A DNA stretch of 16,874 nt, from NCBI GenBank assembly GCA_016839785.1, contig JAEOTQ010000239.1:1-16874 (forward strand). The letters run 5' to 3'. This DNA comes from Candidatus Hodarchaeota archaeon. Lineage in GTDB: Archaea > Asgardarchaeota > Heimdallarchaeia > Hodarchaeales > Hodarchaeaceae. The number at the start of each line of letters is the position of its first letter. Position 1 is the stretch's first letter. The notes below the pieces were generated by a model, which saw only the letters and a list, made by a program, of their open reading frames with translations, was not told where the DNA came from and searched no databases. Positions 7,896-16,598 of this stretch are shown here, one piece after another. The position numbers were made by a program, and so were the translations under genes.

Positions 7896-10397
7896 TTATT
7901 TCTCCTTGTTTTTTAAACGTATTAATGCAAGCAGACTAATGATGACCCATATTGAAAGACTATTCCCAGCTCTATCTGAAGTAGTGGAATCAATAGTAGT
8001 AGATTCTGGGTAAAATATAGTTATTACCTTTGAAATCACGAGAGGTTCAAAATTCTCAGTCCAAGAGTAGACAGTGATATCATAACTACCTGTGACTAAA
8101 CCTAACTGAAATAAGTCTAACTCCATGAATCCAATATGACGATCACCCATATAGCGATTTCCACCAATTTCTATCCATCCTTTGATCTCCGTATTGACAG
8201 AAGAGTAATTTTCAGTTGTTAAGAATGTGAATCTCAATTTTGGGGTTTTTGAAACTTCTATTATTCTCGGAAAGTCAATGTGCCCTTTCTCACCATAATT
8301 CTGTAAAACTGTCCAATCCTCATGACCAGCAAAATCAGTCGTATTATTAGCAATAAATCCAAATGAAAGCCCAAATATTTCCTCTGAAGGATTGATCTGT
8401 CCCCACCAATCATTTCCAAGATTAGTTAATGGAGTAGACTTTATTGTTGTCCATCCGTCAGTAGACCAGACAAAATTAATCTCAGAAGCTGATGATAACT
8501 CTGTTGAAGGTTCATATACAATAGAAAAAGATGAATTTGGTCGAATAAATGAGGGAAAGATTGCTCCATGGATTGTTTGGTTGAATAACGTATTATATCC
8601 AAGATATTGCCGATTATTCACCTCGTTCCCTTCATCTATCTGTGATGTTGGGTCGATTACAGCGTTCAACAATATTCCTTCAAACGGATCAAATGTTCCG
8701 ATCTCTATTATCCTGTGACTAAGCCCTAGGATTGTGCCGACTTCTACTGAAGTCAATTCAGTGCTATGATCGGTTAATATGTTCAAAGAAGTTGAGTCTA
8801 TTGGTGTTAATCCCAAATTCCAGACATCTAGACCATATAGAACATCTTTATCACTAGGATTATTTGAAGAATTAATTACTACAATATCTTTGATTGTTAA
8901 ATCAGGTTTAACCGAAGGAAGTATTAATTCTAAAGAAAAAAGATTGTTTTTTTCGTTATTTTCTATCCAAACGTTTGAAGGATCAATATTTGCCTGTACT
9001 GTTGAAATATCTATCTCTTTGGTTATATTCGTAGGAGAAAAAATGTTCATCGTTTGTCCTGGATCCAAAGAAATTGTGGTTGACCATGACCAGTCACGAT
9101 GATCAAAAGAAACAGACACATTTTCTGCACGTTCAGAACCACCGTTTATAACTTCAGCAATAACTCCAAAAACTGAACTAGTATTAATTGGTGCTTCAAT
9201 TGTCTCGATATTTGTAACTGCTAGCTCATGGTTCTTCTTCTTTATCGAAAAACCGTCAATGGTTGAATTATCAAGCGTATAGGTGGTCATCTGGATATTT
9301 GTATAATTAGCTTCAAATAAACATGTATGAAAAACCGATCTTTGAAATTGAGAATATGGATTTCTACTTAACCTTGCCCAGCGTAACGGTGCTCCAGCAC
9401 CACCAGCAGTAATATAGGTGATTCCGTCCTTATAACTCCTTTCATAGTGATGGTCATGACCATTTAAAACAATATCTACATTAAATTGCTTGAAAATCGG
9501 TTCCCAAGCATCTATAAGGACCGGACGTTCAGCATCACCGTAATGGGTACCTGAAGTGTATAGAGGCTTATGAAAGGTGACGATTTTCCAAGGCTTTCTC
9601 GTACTCGCTAAATCCCTAATTAACCAATCTCGTTGGGCCTGATAATAATCTCCATATTGCTGATAGCTATTGAAAACTTCTGAATTCAATGATGTTATGT
9701 GAAGTGGACCATAGTCATATGAAAAATAATACTCATTCCCAGGAAACGCGAAATAATTTCGATAATTTGGCGAAAGGTAAATCTCTTCATGGTTGCCAGG
9801 TGTAACTACTATTGGTGCTTTGGAATTAATTGGTTCAAAATCCTCAAACCATTCATCCCACATAGAATCTACAGCCCCTCCTGTGACTAGATCACCAGAC
9901 ATAATATGAAAATCAGGATCAAATGAAGCAGACAACTCGACAATTTCTAGACGCTGGAGACGTTCTTCGTTAGTTTCAACTCGTGAATCTCCCCAAGCAA
10001 TAAATCGTGTCTCAGCTGATACATCTGATTCGTTAGGTGCTGTTTGAAAGTTTACAATCCCAGACCAGCTATTCTCAACTCCCACACGATAGTAATATTT
10101 CGAATCAGGGGAGAGATTACTCAATCGAATCTCGTGTAAGAATCCGCTTCGGTCCTCAACTACCAGTGATCCAAGACTGGGAGTTAATCCGTATTCACAT
10201 TTACCAAGATCTTGAACCGATGATTCAAACATTATAACAACTGTTGATTGAGGATCATCATCCCAGCTTAATCGGATTTTGGAAATTTTTACTTCTTGAT
10301 CTACCTCAATCCCAATTGTAGGGATCAATGAACCCAGAAAGCTTATGGTTATTATCACAAACAGGAAAAGGAAAACGTCTACTCTCTTCGATTTCAT
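7896..10397 (-). CDS. Secreted, anchored purple-acid-phosphatase-like metallophosphoesterase with FN3-like, two CARDB-like and a possible starch-binding domain
   Basis: Signal peptide; HEIRLSNLSPDSKYYYRVG (PAP N-terminal domain); WGDSR, SGDLV, PGNHE, FHKP, GHDHHYER; IDPSNVWIENNEKNN and IDPTSQIDEGNEVNN (CARDB ends); C-terminal hydrophobic segment plus basic tail. GAGGT RBS. Confidence 0.88.
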   Translation of the reverse strand: MKSKRVDVFLFLFVIITISFLGSLIPTIGIEVDQEVKISKIRLSWDDDPQSTVVIMFESSVQDLGKCEYGLTPSLGSLVVEDRSGFLHEIRLSNLSPDSKYYYRVGVENSWSGIVNFQTAPNESDVSAETRFIAWGDSRVETNEERLQRLEIVELSASFDPDFHIMSGDLVTGGAVDSMWDEWFEDFEPINSKAPIVVTPGNHEEIYLSPNYRNYFAFPGNEYYFSYDYGPLHITSLNSEVFNSYQQYGDYYQAQRDWLIRDLASTRKPWKIVTFHKPLYTSGTHYGDAERPVLIDAWEPIFKQFNVDIVLNGHDHHYERSYKDGITYITAGGAGAPLRWARLSRNPYSQFQRSVFHTCLFEANYTNIQMTTYTLDNSTIDGFSIKKKNHELAVTNIETIEAPINTSSVFGVIAEVINGGSERAENVSVSFDHRDWSWSTTISLDPGQTMNIFSPTNITKEIDISTVQANIDPSNVWIENNEKNNLFSLELILPSVKPDLTIKDIVVINSSNNPSDKDVLYGLDVWNLGLTPIDSTSLNILTDHSTELTSVEVGTILGLSHRIIEIGTFDPFEGILLNAVIDPTSQIDEGNEVNNRQYLGYNTLFNQTIHGAIFPSFIRPNSSFSIVYEPSTELSSASEINFVWSTDGWTTIKSTPLTNLGNDWWGQINPSEEIFGLSFGFIANNTTDFAGHEDWTVLQNYGEKGHIDFPRIIEVSKTPKLRFTFLTTENYSSVNTEIKGWIEIGGNRYMGDRHIGFMELDLFQLGLVTGSYDITVYSWTENFEPLVISKVITIFYPESTTIDSTTSDRAGNSLSIWVIISLLALIRLKNKEK

Positions 10398-10640
10398 TTT
10401 TCTACCTCACTCCCACAAATCTAGGGCGAATATTTAGGATTTATTGCACTTCACCTAGGGAAGAGATGAAAAAAATATCGTTGAAGTGCTTGTTGGCCTA
10501 GAAAGAAACACTTACTAAACTGGACGTATGGAAGCAAATATATCCATAGATATACTTTAAGTCCACTTTGGGGAATAAAATTGTCAAACTTTGAGTTTCC
10601 ATTCAATATTGGTTTCAAAAAGGGAGGGAATTAAAACGCC

Positions 10641-11002
10641 ATGCGGAAATCGTTGACTGATTCGCTAAGAATCCCTCAAAACAGAGACCCCGTCTAGAAG
10701 TAATTCATGTTTTCGATAGTTTACGCTACATTCTCCATGAATTAGAATTGTTGAAGATCTCTGATGCGGTCCTCAGTGAAATAAGCGAGTACTTAGATGA
10801 GCTTAGTGGTGGCAAATTTTCTGCTGCCATGGAAGAGGTAAAAGAAAAATCTGATGAAATATTTCTTGCTCGTATAAAAAATACCTTATATAATAGAATT
10901 AAATCCATGAATCGCGACATGAAGCAGGATGAAGCTCAAAAACTCGCTCATAAACTCTCACTCTGGCGTGATCGTATAAGTAATGAATTTACAAGAATCT
11001 AA
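10641..11002 (+). pseudogene. Small helical hypothetical protein, apparently split by a one-base frameshift (or sequencing error)
   Basis: The 84-aa ORF frame stays open and protein-like back to 10661 without a start codon. ATG 10641 (GGGAGG upstream) is in another frame and stops at TAG 10695-10697. One extra base near CCCC 10688-10691 joins them into 120 aa. Confidence 0.45.
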
Positions 11003-11033
11003 TTTTTCAGTCGTAACTGATTCGTGTAATTAA

Positions 11034-12230
11034 TCAATCATCTGTCTGCTTCCTGAGGAAGATTACTGGAAAGATTGATAGGAGAGAAAACCCAACGACA
11101 ATGTTAGTGGTCTCAGTAGTAATATGGGCCGAAGTTAATGATGTAGAAGTCGAAATGAGGGGAGAAGTAATAAGCAACCAATCATTTTGCTGACAATCAT
11201 ATGCCCATGTTCCATTGACAAAGATCAGAGGACTTATACTAGAAACTCCTCCAAATAAAACCGCTTTTTGATTCACGGAATCATAGACAAATCGAGAAGT
11301 ACTCGAAGGCGGAATAAAAGACGTATTGTATGCGATCCACATATTTTCATTTGGATAGTAACTCCAAGTATCATTCAGAACTGGTGAAGAAATATATTGG
11401 TTTTGTCTCCCGCCACACACTAATAGTCGATGATAACCTGAGTCATAAACCATTGTATGCCAATAACGCGTATCGGGTTTTACTAATTGTTCTTGTAACT
11501 TCCACGAATTATTTCCATAATTGTAAATCCATAAGTCATTACGAACACCGCTCAAAGTTCGTCCCCCAAAAAGAATTCCTTGATCATAACTTGAATCGTA
11601 CACCATACAATGGCCATAGCTTGGAGGAGGTCTTGAATTCGATTCCATTTCAGTCCATGTATTATCATTAACATCATAAACCCAAAGATCACCTAAATAG
11701 TAAAGTAATTCACCTCCAAAACCTCCAAAAAGGACGATTTTTTGATTCATGGAATCATAATACATACTTGCATCAGAGCGAGGGGGAGGGGAAATCTGAG
11801 GTGTGACTTCTATCCATTCATTTGTGTTACAGTCAAATAACCAAGTTTCATTCAGAACTTCACTTCCTTCAGAAAGTCCCCCAAAGCAAATGATCTTACG
11901 ATGGAAAAAATCGTAGACCATCGAATGATGAGCAATCAAACCAGGATTTGTAATTGTAGAAAGATGTCTCCAAGAGTTATTATTACTAGTAAAACTCCAA
12001 GTCTCGTTAGAATGCCAGGTAGATACTCCTTCTGTGTTAACGACTCCTCCAAAGAGAAGAACTCGTTCATTAATATTATCAAAAACCATCCCATGACCAT
12101 ATCTATTAGAAGGAACTGTATAGGTAGAATTGGGAAGTGCAAGAAGGTGAAAAGAAGAAAAACTTGTGGATGTGTAAATCAGAACAATATATAAGACCAG
12201 AAAATGGCTCTTCTTGGTGATAACACTCAT
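11034..12230 (-). CDS. Secreted, anchored six-bladed Kelch-repeat beta-propeller protein
   Basis: Six repeats of the form HxMVYD..LFGG..(N/D)xTWxYD..W, signal peptide after MSVITKK, S/T linker and C-terminal hydrophobic segment. Start moved to ATG 12230 (GAGGT RBS at 12236-12240). Confidence 0.88.
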   Translation of the reverse strand: MSVITKKSHFLVLYIVLIYTSTSFSSFHLLALPNSTYTVPSNRYGHGMVFDNINERVLLFGGVVNTEGVSTWHSNETWSFTSNNNSWRHLSTITNPGLIAHHSMVYDFFHRKIICFGGLSEGSEVLNETWLFDCNTNEWIEVTPQISPPPRSDASMYYDSMNQKIVLFGGFGGELLYYLGDLWVYDVNDNTWTEMESNSRPPPSYGHCMVYDSSYDQGILFGGRTLSGVRNDLWIYNYGNNSWKLQEQLVKPDTRYWHTMVYDSGYHRLLVCGGRQNQYISSPVLNDTWSYYPNENMWIAYNTSFIPPSSTSRFVYDSVNQKAVLFGGVSSISPLIFVNGTWAYDCQQNDWLLITSPLISTSTSLTSAHITTETTNIVVGFSLLSIFPVIFLRKQTDD

Positions 12231-12402
12231 ATTAAACCTCTTCAAATTAAATATGACTGCTCTTCCTTTCACCTCTCGAGCACCTGCTACCATTGGCATT
12301 GTAGTATAAAAAACGATTGACATCTGCAATCGAAACTTGATTCAGAGCCTGATCTTGTAATATGAAAAATAAGAGGGAACTCTCCAAGCATAAAGAATTT
12401 AC

Positions 12403-13047
12403 TTAAAATGAGTCATAATCAAAAAAAGGTTTAGGATCGCCATGCCATAGGCGAAACGCCTCAGGAATGCGGGAGATATGTCCAGGATCAACATTTACAG
12501 GTAAATCTTTTTCATCAAACCATTTTATATCAAGTGATTCGTGTTTATGGGGAGCTTCCACTACCTCTGTATTCTCTAATTGTTGACACAAAAATACTAT
12601 ATGATATAACTGAAGAGGGTAAGTAGTACCACAGAATCGAGAATCAAATAAACCTACAAGAGCTGTTACTTTACATCTAATGCCAGTTTCTTCAAAAATC
12701 TCTCGTATTACCCCTTCACTAGGTGTTTCTCCCACTTCTAACATTCCCCCAGGCATTGCCCACAAATGATTATCCGCACGTTGAATAAGTAATATCTGAC
12801 CCTCCTCATTAATGATCGCTCCATCACCCGTCATTATAGGACTGGGACGAGAAAAAAAAGTTTCACGAAGGGGAATTAATTCCTCTTCTGACCAATTAGT
12901 GGAAAATGTTAACATCTCAATGACAAGTTGTTGAATCTTGGCATAACGTTCTTGATCGTAAGTGTTTGTAGAATAAGATAATCCTTGTGCAGCAAGATCG
13001 CGGAGTTGATCTGCCCATAAAGCGATTTGTTTAACTGGTAACCCCAT
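12403..13047 (-). CDS. Nudix hydrolase with N-terminal helical Nudix_N domain (ADP-ribose pyrophosphatase-like)
   Basis: WADQLRDLAAQGLSYSTNTYDQERY N-domain; Nudix box GGMLEVGETPSEGVIREIFEETGI. Confidence 0.92.
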   Translation of the reverse strand: MGLPVKQIALWADQLRDLAAQGLSYSTNTYDQERYAKIQQLVIEMLTFSTNWSEEELIPLRETFFSRPSPIMTGDGAIINEEGQILLIQRADNHLWAMPGGMLEVGETPSEGVIREIFEETGIRCKVTALVGLFDSRFCGTTYPLQLYHIVFLCQQLENTEVVEAPHKHESLDIKWFDEKDLPVNVDPGHISRIPEAFRLWHGDPKPFFDYDSF

Positions 13048-13109
13048 TATGAAAACCTAGCAATTTTGTGGATGAAAGCATTCCAAACCCAAACCGAATA
13101 TAAGTGAAT

Positions 13110-14126
13110 TCAGGTAAAAATGGAACGAATAATCCCCCAAATAATATGTAATGGAGATTGAAATTTCCAAACAACCCGATAATAACACAGAAAACAATTC
13201 AGAAAAATAAAGGCGAGTAAAAAAGGGAGAAGCAAAATTCCAGCCTCCTTTGTAAGATCCAGAATTATATGGGTAGGAATATCGTTTGTAATATCGTAAT
13301 AGATTACACTCTGCTCACCTTGGAGAAGGAAGGAAAAAACAGACAATACCGTGAATAGATCAAGGTACATCAAAGGAGTAAAAGCCTGATTATTTCCAAT
13401 ACCACTGGAAAAAACACTCGTTATTGCTAAAAAGAACCCAAAAGCCAGAATACTGGAATAAATCCGACTATTGAAGAGTGAGGAGAACGAAAGAATTACT
13501 ACTGTAAGGCTTAGAATCACAATTTCTGCAAAAAATATTACCCCTATTAACGTAGGAAGCGCTTGAATAATGTCCACCCCTTCTATCCCGACGAGAAGTA
13601 ACACCCATTCGATCAGAGAAGGAAAAACTAACAGAACATTTCCGAAGAGAACTAGAGATCCAAATTTACCAAGTAAATACACATACCGGTTGATTTTTGA
13701 ATCATAAATTTCATCCATGCGATTTTTTCGATCATCAGAAATTAATCCTGACCCCATTAGAATTAAACCTATGAGAAATAAAATTGAATAACCCGTGTCA
13801 AATACTGGATCAATTTCATCGGGAGCTGCAATTAAAACCTGAAATCTAACAAATTTACGGACATTTCCCCATAAATGATCCTCTAAAACAGTATTAGGAT
13901 CGAGTGTTATCCCTGAAGAATACGGTCCAAATAATATCATTATATTGGAGAGGAGAAGTAGGAAAAAAATTAGAGCCACTACAATTTTCAAAGCTCTGGA
14001 ACGATTCCACTGATATTGAAAATTGAACCATGAAATAGTCCAAATTCTCCATGGAATTCCTTGTCTACTTCCTGCAAAAGGCTCTAATTCAAATTTTCTG
14101 ACGTAGGTGTCGTCCAATATATCCAC
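13110..14126 (-). CDS. ABC-2-type transporter permease
   Basis: About six TM segments; GSGLISDDRKNRMDEIYDSKINRYVYLLGKFG matches the ABC-2 permease cytoplasmic loop. Confidence 0.75.
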   Translation of the reverse strand: MDILDDTYVRKFELEPFAGSRQGIPWRIWTISWFNFQYQWNRSRALKIVVALIFFLLLLSNIMILFGPYSSGITLDPNTVLEDHLWGNVRKFVRFQVLIAAPDEIDPVFDTGYSILFLIGLILMGSGLISDDRKNRMDEIYDSKINRYVYLLGKFGSLVLFGNVLLVFPSLIEWVLLLVGIEGVDIIQALPTLIGVIFFAEIVILSLTVVILSFSSLFNSRIYSSILAFGFFLAITSVFSSGIGNNQAFTPLMYLDLFTVLSVFSFLLQGEQSVIYYDITNDIPTHIILDLTKEAGILLLPFLLAFIFLNCFLCYYRVVWKFQSPLHIIWGIIRSIFT

Positions 14127-14438
14127 ATACCTATTCGAGAAATTAATGAAACATCCTTGGAATTTTCACCTTAAAAAGAGGGAAGATTGAGTCATCCATT
14201 CTCATAATTAACACTTCAGATTTCATAAGAAGAGGTTCTATGAGCATTAAAGAATTAAAAATTGTAAGAAAAGGAAGAAAAGGTGAAATAAAGACTAGTT
14301 ATTAGATAAAATGGTTCATCACAAATCGAATTCGCACTAACTTAATTATGTTCTAAAATGTAGTTTTTTATTTTGATGTGGCAAGAAGTCCAACCAATTA
14401 AGATGGAAGTAAGACCCATTCCTACAGGTGAAAACTCT

Positions 14439-15491
14439 ATGAGAATATTATTGAAAAGTGTCTCTTTATTGATTATCCTTTCTATTTTTACTCAAATGAG
14501 AACAGAAACGACTACTGTTTTTTCAACACAAAATAATCAGACTGAGATAGCACCTCTATTCGCACGAATCAAAAATATTGATTGGAATATGACAACACTC
14601 TACGAAGAGTATGATACACTAAATATTACTTTGCACTTAACCATTGTTTATTTCAAAGTGGAATTAGAAATTTGGAATCCTAATATTGAGAGTCAAACGA
14701 TAGAATTTAGTGATTCTGAAGAATTCCCATTAACAATCCAAGAAGATCTAGAAGAGAGTTATCTCGACCTAACTCCTTTTTGGGGAAGTTTGCCGGTAAT
14801 CACGCCCCGTACCTATCTCTCTGGCATCACAACAAAATCATATGAATATCCATTTAGTATAATTGAACCTGATCTTACACAATTACCCAATGGTGAATAC
14901 AGAATCGATCTCAAACCTCCATATTATTCGAACTCTGATACAAGCATTGTGACTTATGGTTTAAGTCTTACAGTCACTGAAGATACCGAAATCATTGAGT
15001 ATGGTCCCTTTCCTTATGAAAACACCGATGCGCAACTCTCGTATATAGTCTCCGAGTGTGATTGTGATGGTTCTTCAGGTTGGAACGAAGGAAATGTCAA
15101 TGTGACCATAGAGAATCACTCGATTTACTTTGAGCAAGTTTTTGTAACCTGGTGCAATTTTGATAAGAATAATCTCACGATTAAACTGGCACAAGTAGGA
15201 GAAACTTTAATGATACTTGAAGAGTATACAACAACTTCAATGACGAAATGTGTGTGTGCTTATCAAATTTTTGGACAAATAACTAATTTGTCTGTAGGTA
15301 ATTACACTTTGGTGTTTCAGTATCAAACAACCGTTGTGAATACCACTCAGTCGAGATTTACATCTGCAATTCCCGTCCTTTTAACTGAATCTGGACCTGA
15401 ATATGACATCGTAAATAGTTGGGGTATCATAATCTCATTTCTTAGTCTATTTTTTGCTAAAAAAAAATCATCAAGAATAAGAAGAAATTGA
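14439..15491 (+). CDS. Secreted, anchored two-domain beta-rich surface glycoprotein
   Basis: Start moved to ATG 14439 (AGGTGA RBS), followed directly by a signal peptide. Nine N-x-S/T sequons, Cys cluster in domain 2 (CDC, WC, CVC), C-terminal hydrophobic segment plus KKKSSRIRRN. Confidence 0.78.
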   Translation: MRILLKSVSLLIILSIFTQMRTETTTVFSTQNNQTEIAPLFARIKNIDWNMTTLYEEYDTLNITLHLTIVYFKVELEIWNPNIESQTIEFSDSEEFPLTIQEDLEESYLDLTPFWGSLPVITPRTYLSGITTKSYEYPFSIIEPDLTQLPNGEYRIDLKPPYYSNSDTSIVTYGLSLTVTEDTEIIEYGPFPYENTDAQLSYIVSECDCDGSSGWNEGNVNVTIENHSIYFEQVFVTWCNFDKNNLTIKLAQVGETLMILEEYTTTSMTKCVCAYQIFGQITNLSVGNYTLVFQYQTTVVNTTQSRFTSAIPVLLTESGPEYDIVNSWGIIISFLSLFFAKKKSSRIRRN

Positions 15492-15551
15492 ATAGTAACT
15501 TCTAGTCAGAGTAGAAATCACTTTCCTTTGAAAAGACAATATGATAGATAA

Positions 15552-16451
15552 CTAAATTTCCAACTTGTCTTTTCTTCTTGTCTTTTTAGCGTAGAGGAAG
15601 CAACCCACTAATATAATTAATGTAGGAAACAGTAGTAGACCAGATGTTATTTGTGAGAGAGTTGTTGTAGTAGAAGACTCTCTCATGGTAGTGGTAGACG
15701 AAGTGGTAGTGGTAGACGAAGTGTCAGTTGTGGGTTGGATGGTTGTGGACTCACTTGTAGGGGGAACAATTCTTGAATCAACCATGCTGATGCCATCATA
15801 CCAAATCGAAATACTTGTACCATAACCAGACACTCCATACACATGCAAATAAATTTCAAAGTATTTTACAATAGACAAGTTGGAAACATTGGGTGGTTTA
15901 ATTCCTGGACTCGAAAGATTAACAGTCACTGTGTGCCATTCAGGATAGGATTGAGTTCTAATAAGTAATATGGAGTTCTCAGAATCATTGTTATCTTGAA
16001 TCTCATTTGAAACACTCCAATAAGTTCTTCCCAAGTAAGTATCTGCATAATCATGGTAATACACTGCTAAACCTGCTTGATATAAAGAACCATTATCATG
16101 CTTGATTGAAAATGAAAATGAAAAATCTGTCAGATCACTACGATTGACCTTTTGCCGATATCCGATTCTGTTTTGAGAATTTGGGGCGATTAGAACAATT
16201 GATTTTTCACCCTCAAAAGAATCAGAAATGTTTATATGAGCTTCTCCTGGGAAGGGCCAACCAACAAAATTCCAATCTGTAAAATTTTGCTCAAACCCGC
16301 CATTGGACACTAGTTCACTCTTGTCCAGAACCTTCTGCGAATTCAGAGTCCATTTAGTATTATTTATTATGCTATCATTAGCTAACAAAGGGAAAACTAG
16401 TATTACTCCTAAGAAAAAACAAAGAAATGATATTATTTTTACTTTTGACAA
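15552..16451 (-). CDS. Secreted, anchored protein with CBM4/9-like carbohydrate-binding domain and Ser/Thr stalk
   Basis: TTG start with GGTGGAG RBS; signal peptide; ELVSNGGFEQNFTDW start and IWYDGISM end typical of the galactose-binding-like jelly roll; Thr-rich linker; TM plus KKTRRK. Confidence 0.78.
   Translation of the reverse strand: MSKVKIISFLCFFLGVILVFPLLANDSIINNTKWTLNSQKVLDKSELVSNGGFEQNFTDWNFVGWPFPGEAHINISDSFEGEKSIVLIAPNSQNRIGYRQKVNRSDLTDFSFSFSIKHDNGSLYQAGLAVYYHDYADTYLGRTYWSVSNEIQDNNDSENSILLIRTQSYPEWHTVTVNLSSPGIKPPNVSNLSIVKYFEIYLHVYGVSGYGTSISIWYDGISMVDSRIVPPTSESTTIQPTTDTSSTTTTSSTTTMRESSTTTTLSQITSGLLLFPTLIILVGCFLYAKKTRRKDKLEI
15686..15723. repeat. Perfect 18-bp tandem duplication inside the Ser/Thr stalk
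   Basis: TGGTAGTGGTAGACGAAG occurs twice in a row (15686-15703, 15704-15721) and encodes TSSTTT-type units on the minus strand. Confidence 0.9.
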
Positions 16452-16598
16452 GTCTCCACCTTCTTTTTAATTTGGTATCATGAAATGCTTTGAAAAAATG
16501 GTCATTCTCTTGATTTATAAGTTCTCTCCAACAAAATCCCTTTTAATAGAAGGTTCATTCGACAATTGGAACTCTCAAAAAATCTTCAAGGGCTGTTT

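Noticed and set aside
10449-10463. Imperfect palindrome CTTCACCTAGGGAAG upstream of the phosphoesterase
   Set aside because: Single imperfect copy with no second instance seen; cannot be distinguished from chance.
10466-10660. In-frame TAG/TGA codons upstream of the 84-aa ORF as Sec/Pyl or alternative-code readthrough
   Set aside because: Readthrough from ATG 10466 needs four stops of two types, there is no redox-motif context, and TAG and TGA end normal genes elsewhere in the window.
6063-12194. ORFs 6063-6362, 6194-6418, 8392-8718, 8779-9102, 10037-10237, 10726-10920, 11330-11671, 11901-12194 and 11936-12142
   Set aside because: Nested in or antisense to better-supported genes; typical shadow frames.
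12231-12329. 33-aa N-terminal extension of the Kelch ORF (and similar extensions at 14373, 5918 and 4417)
   Set aside because: Downstream ATGs have better RBS support or coincide with the start of the signal peptide or domain.
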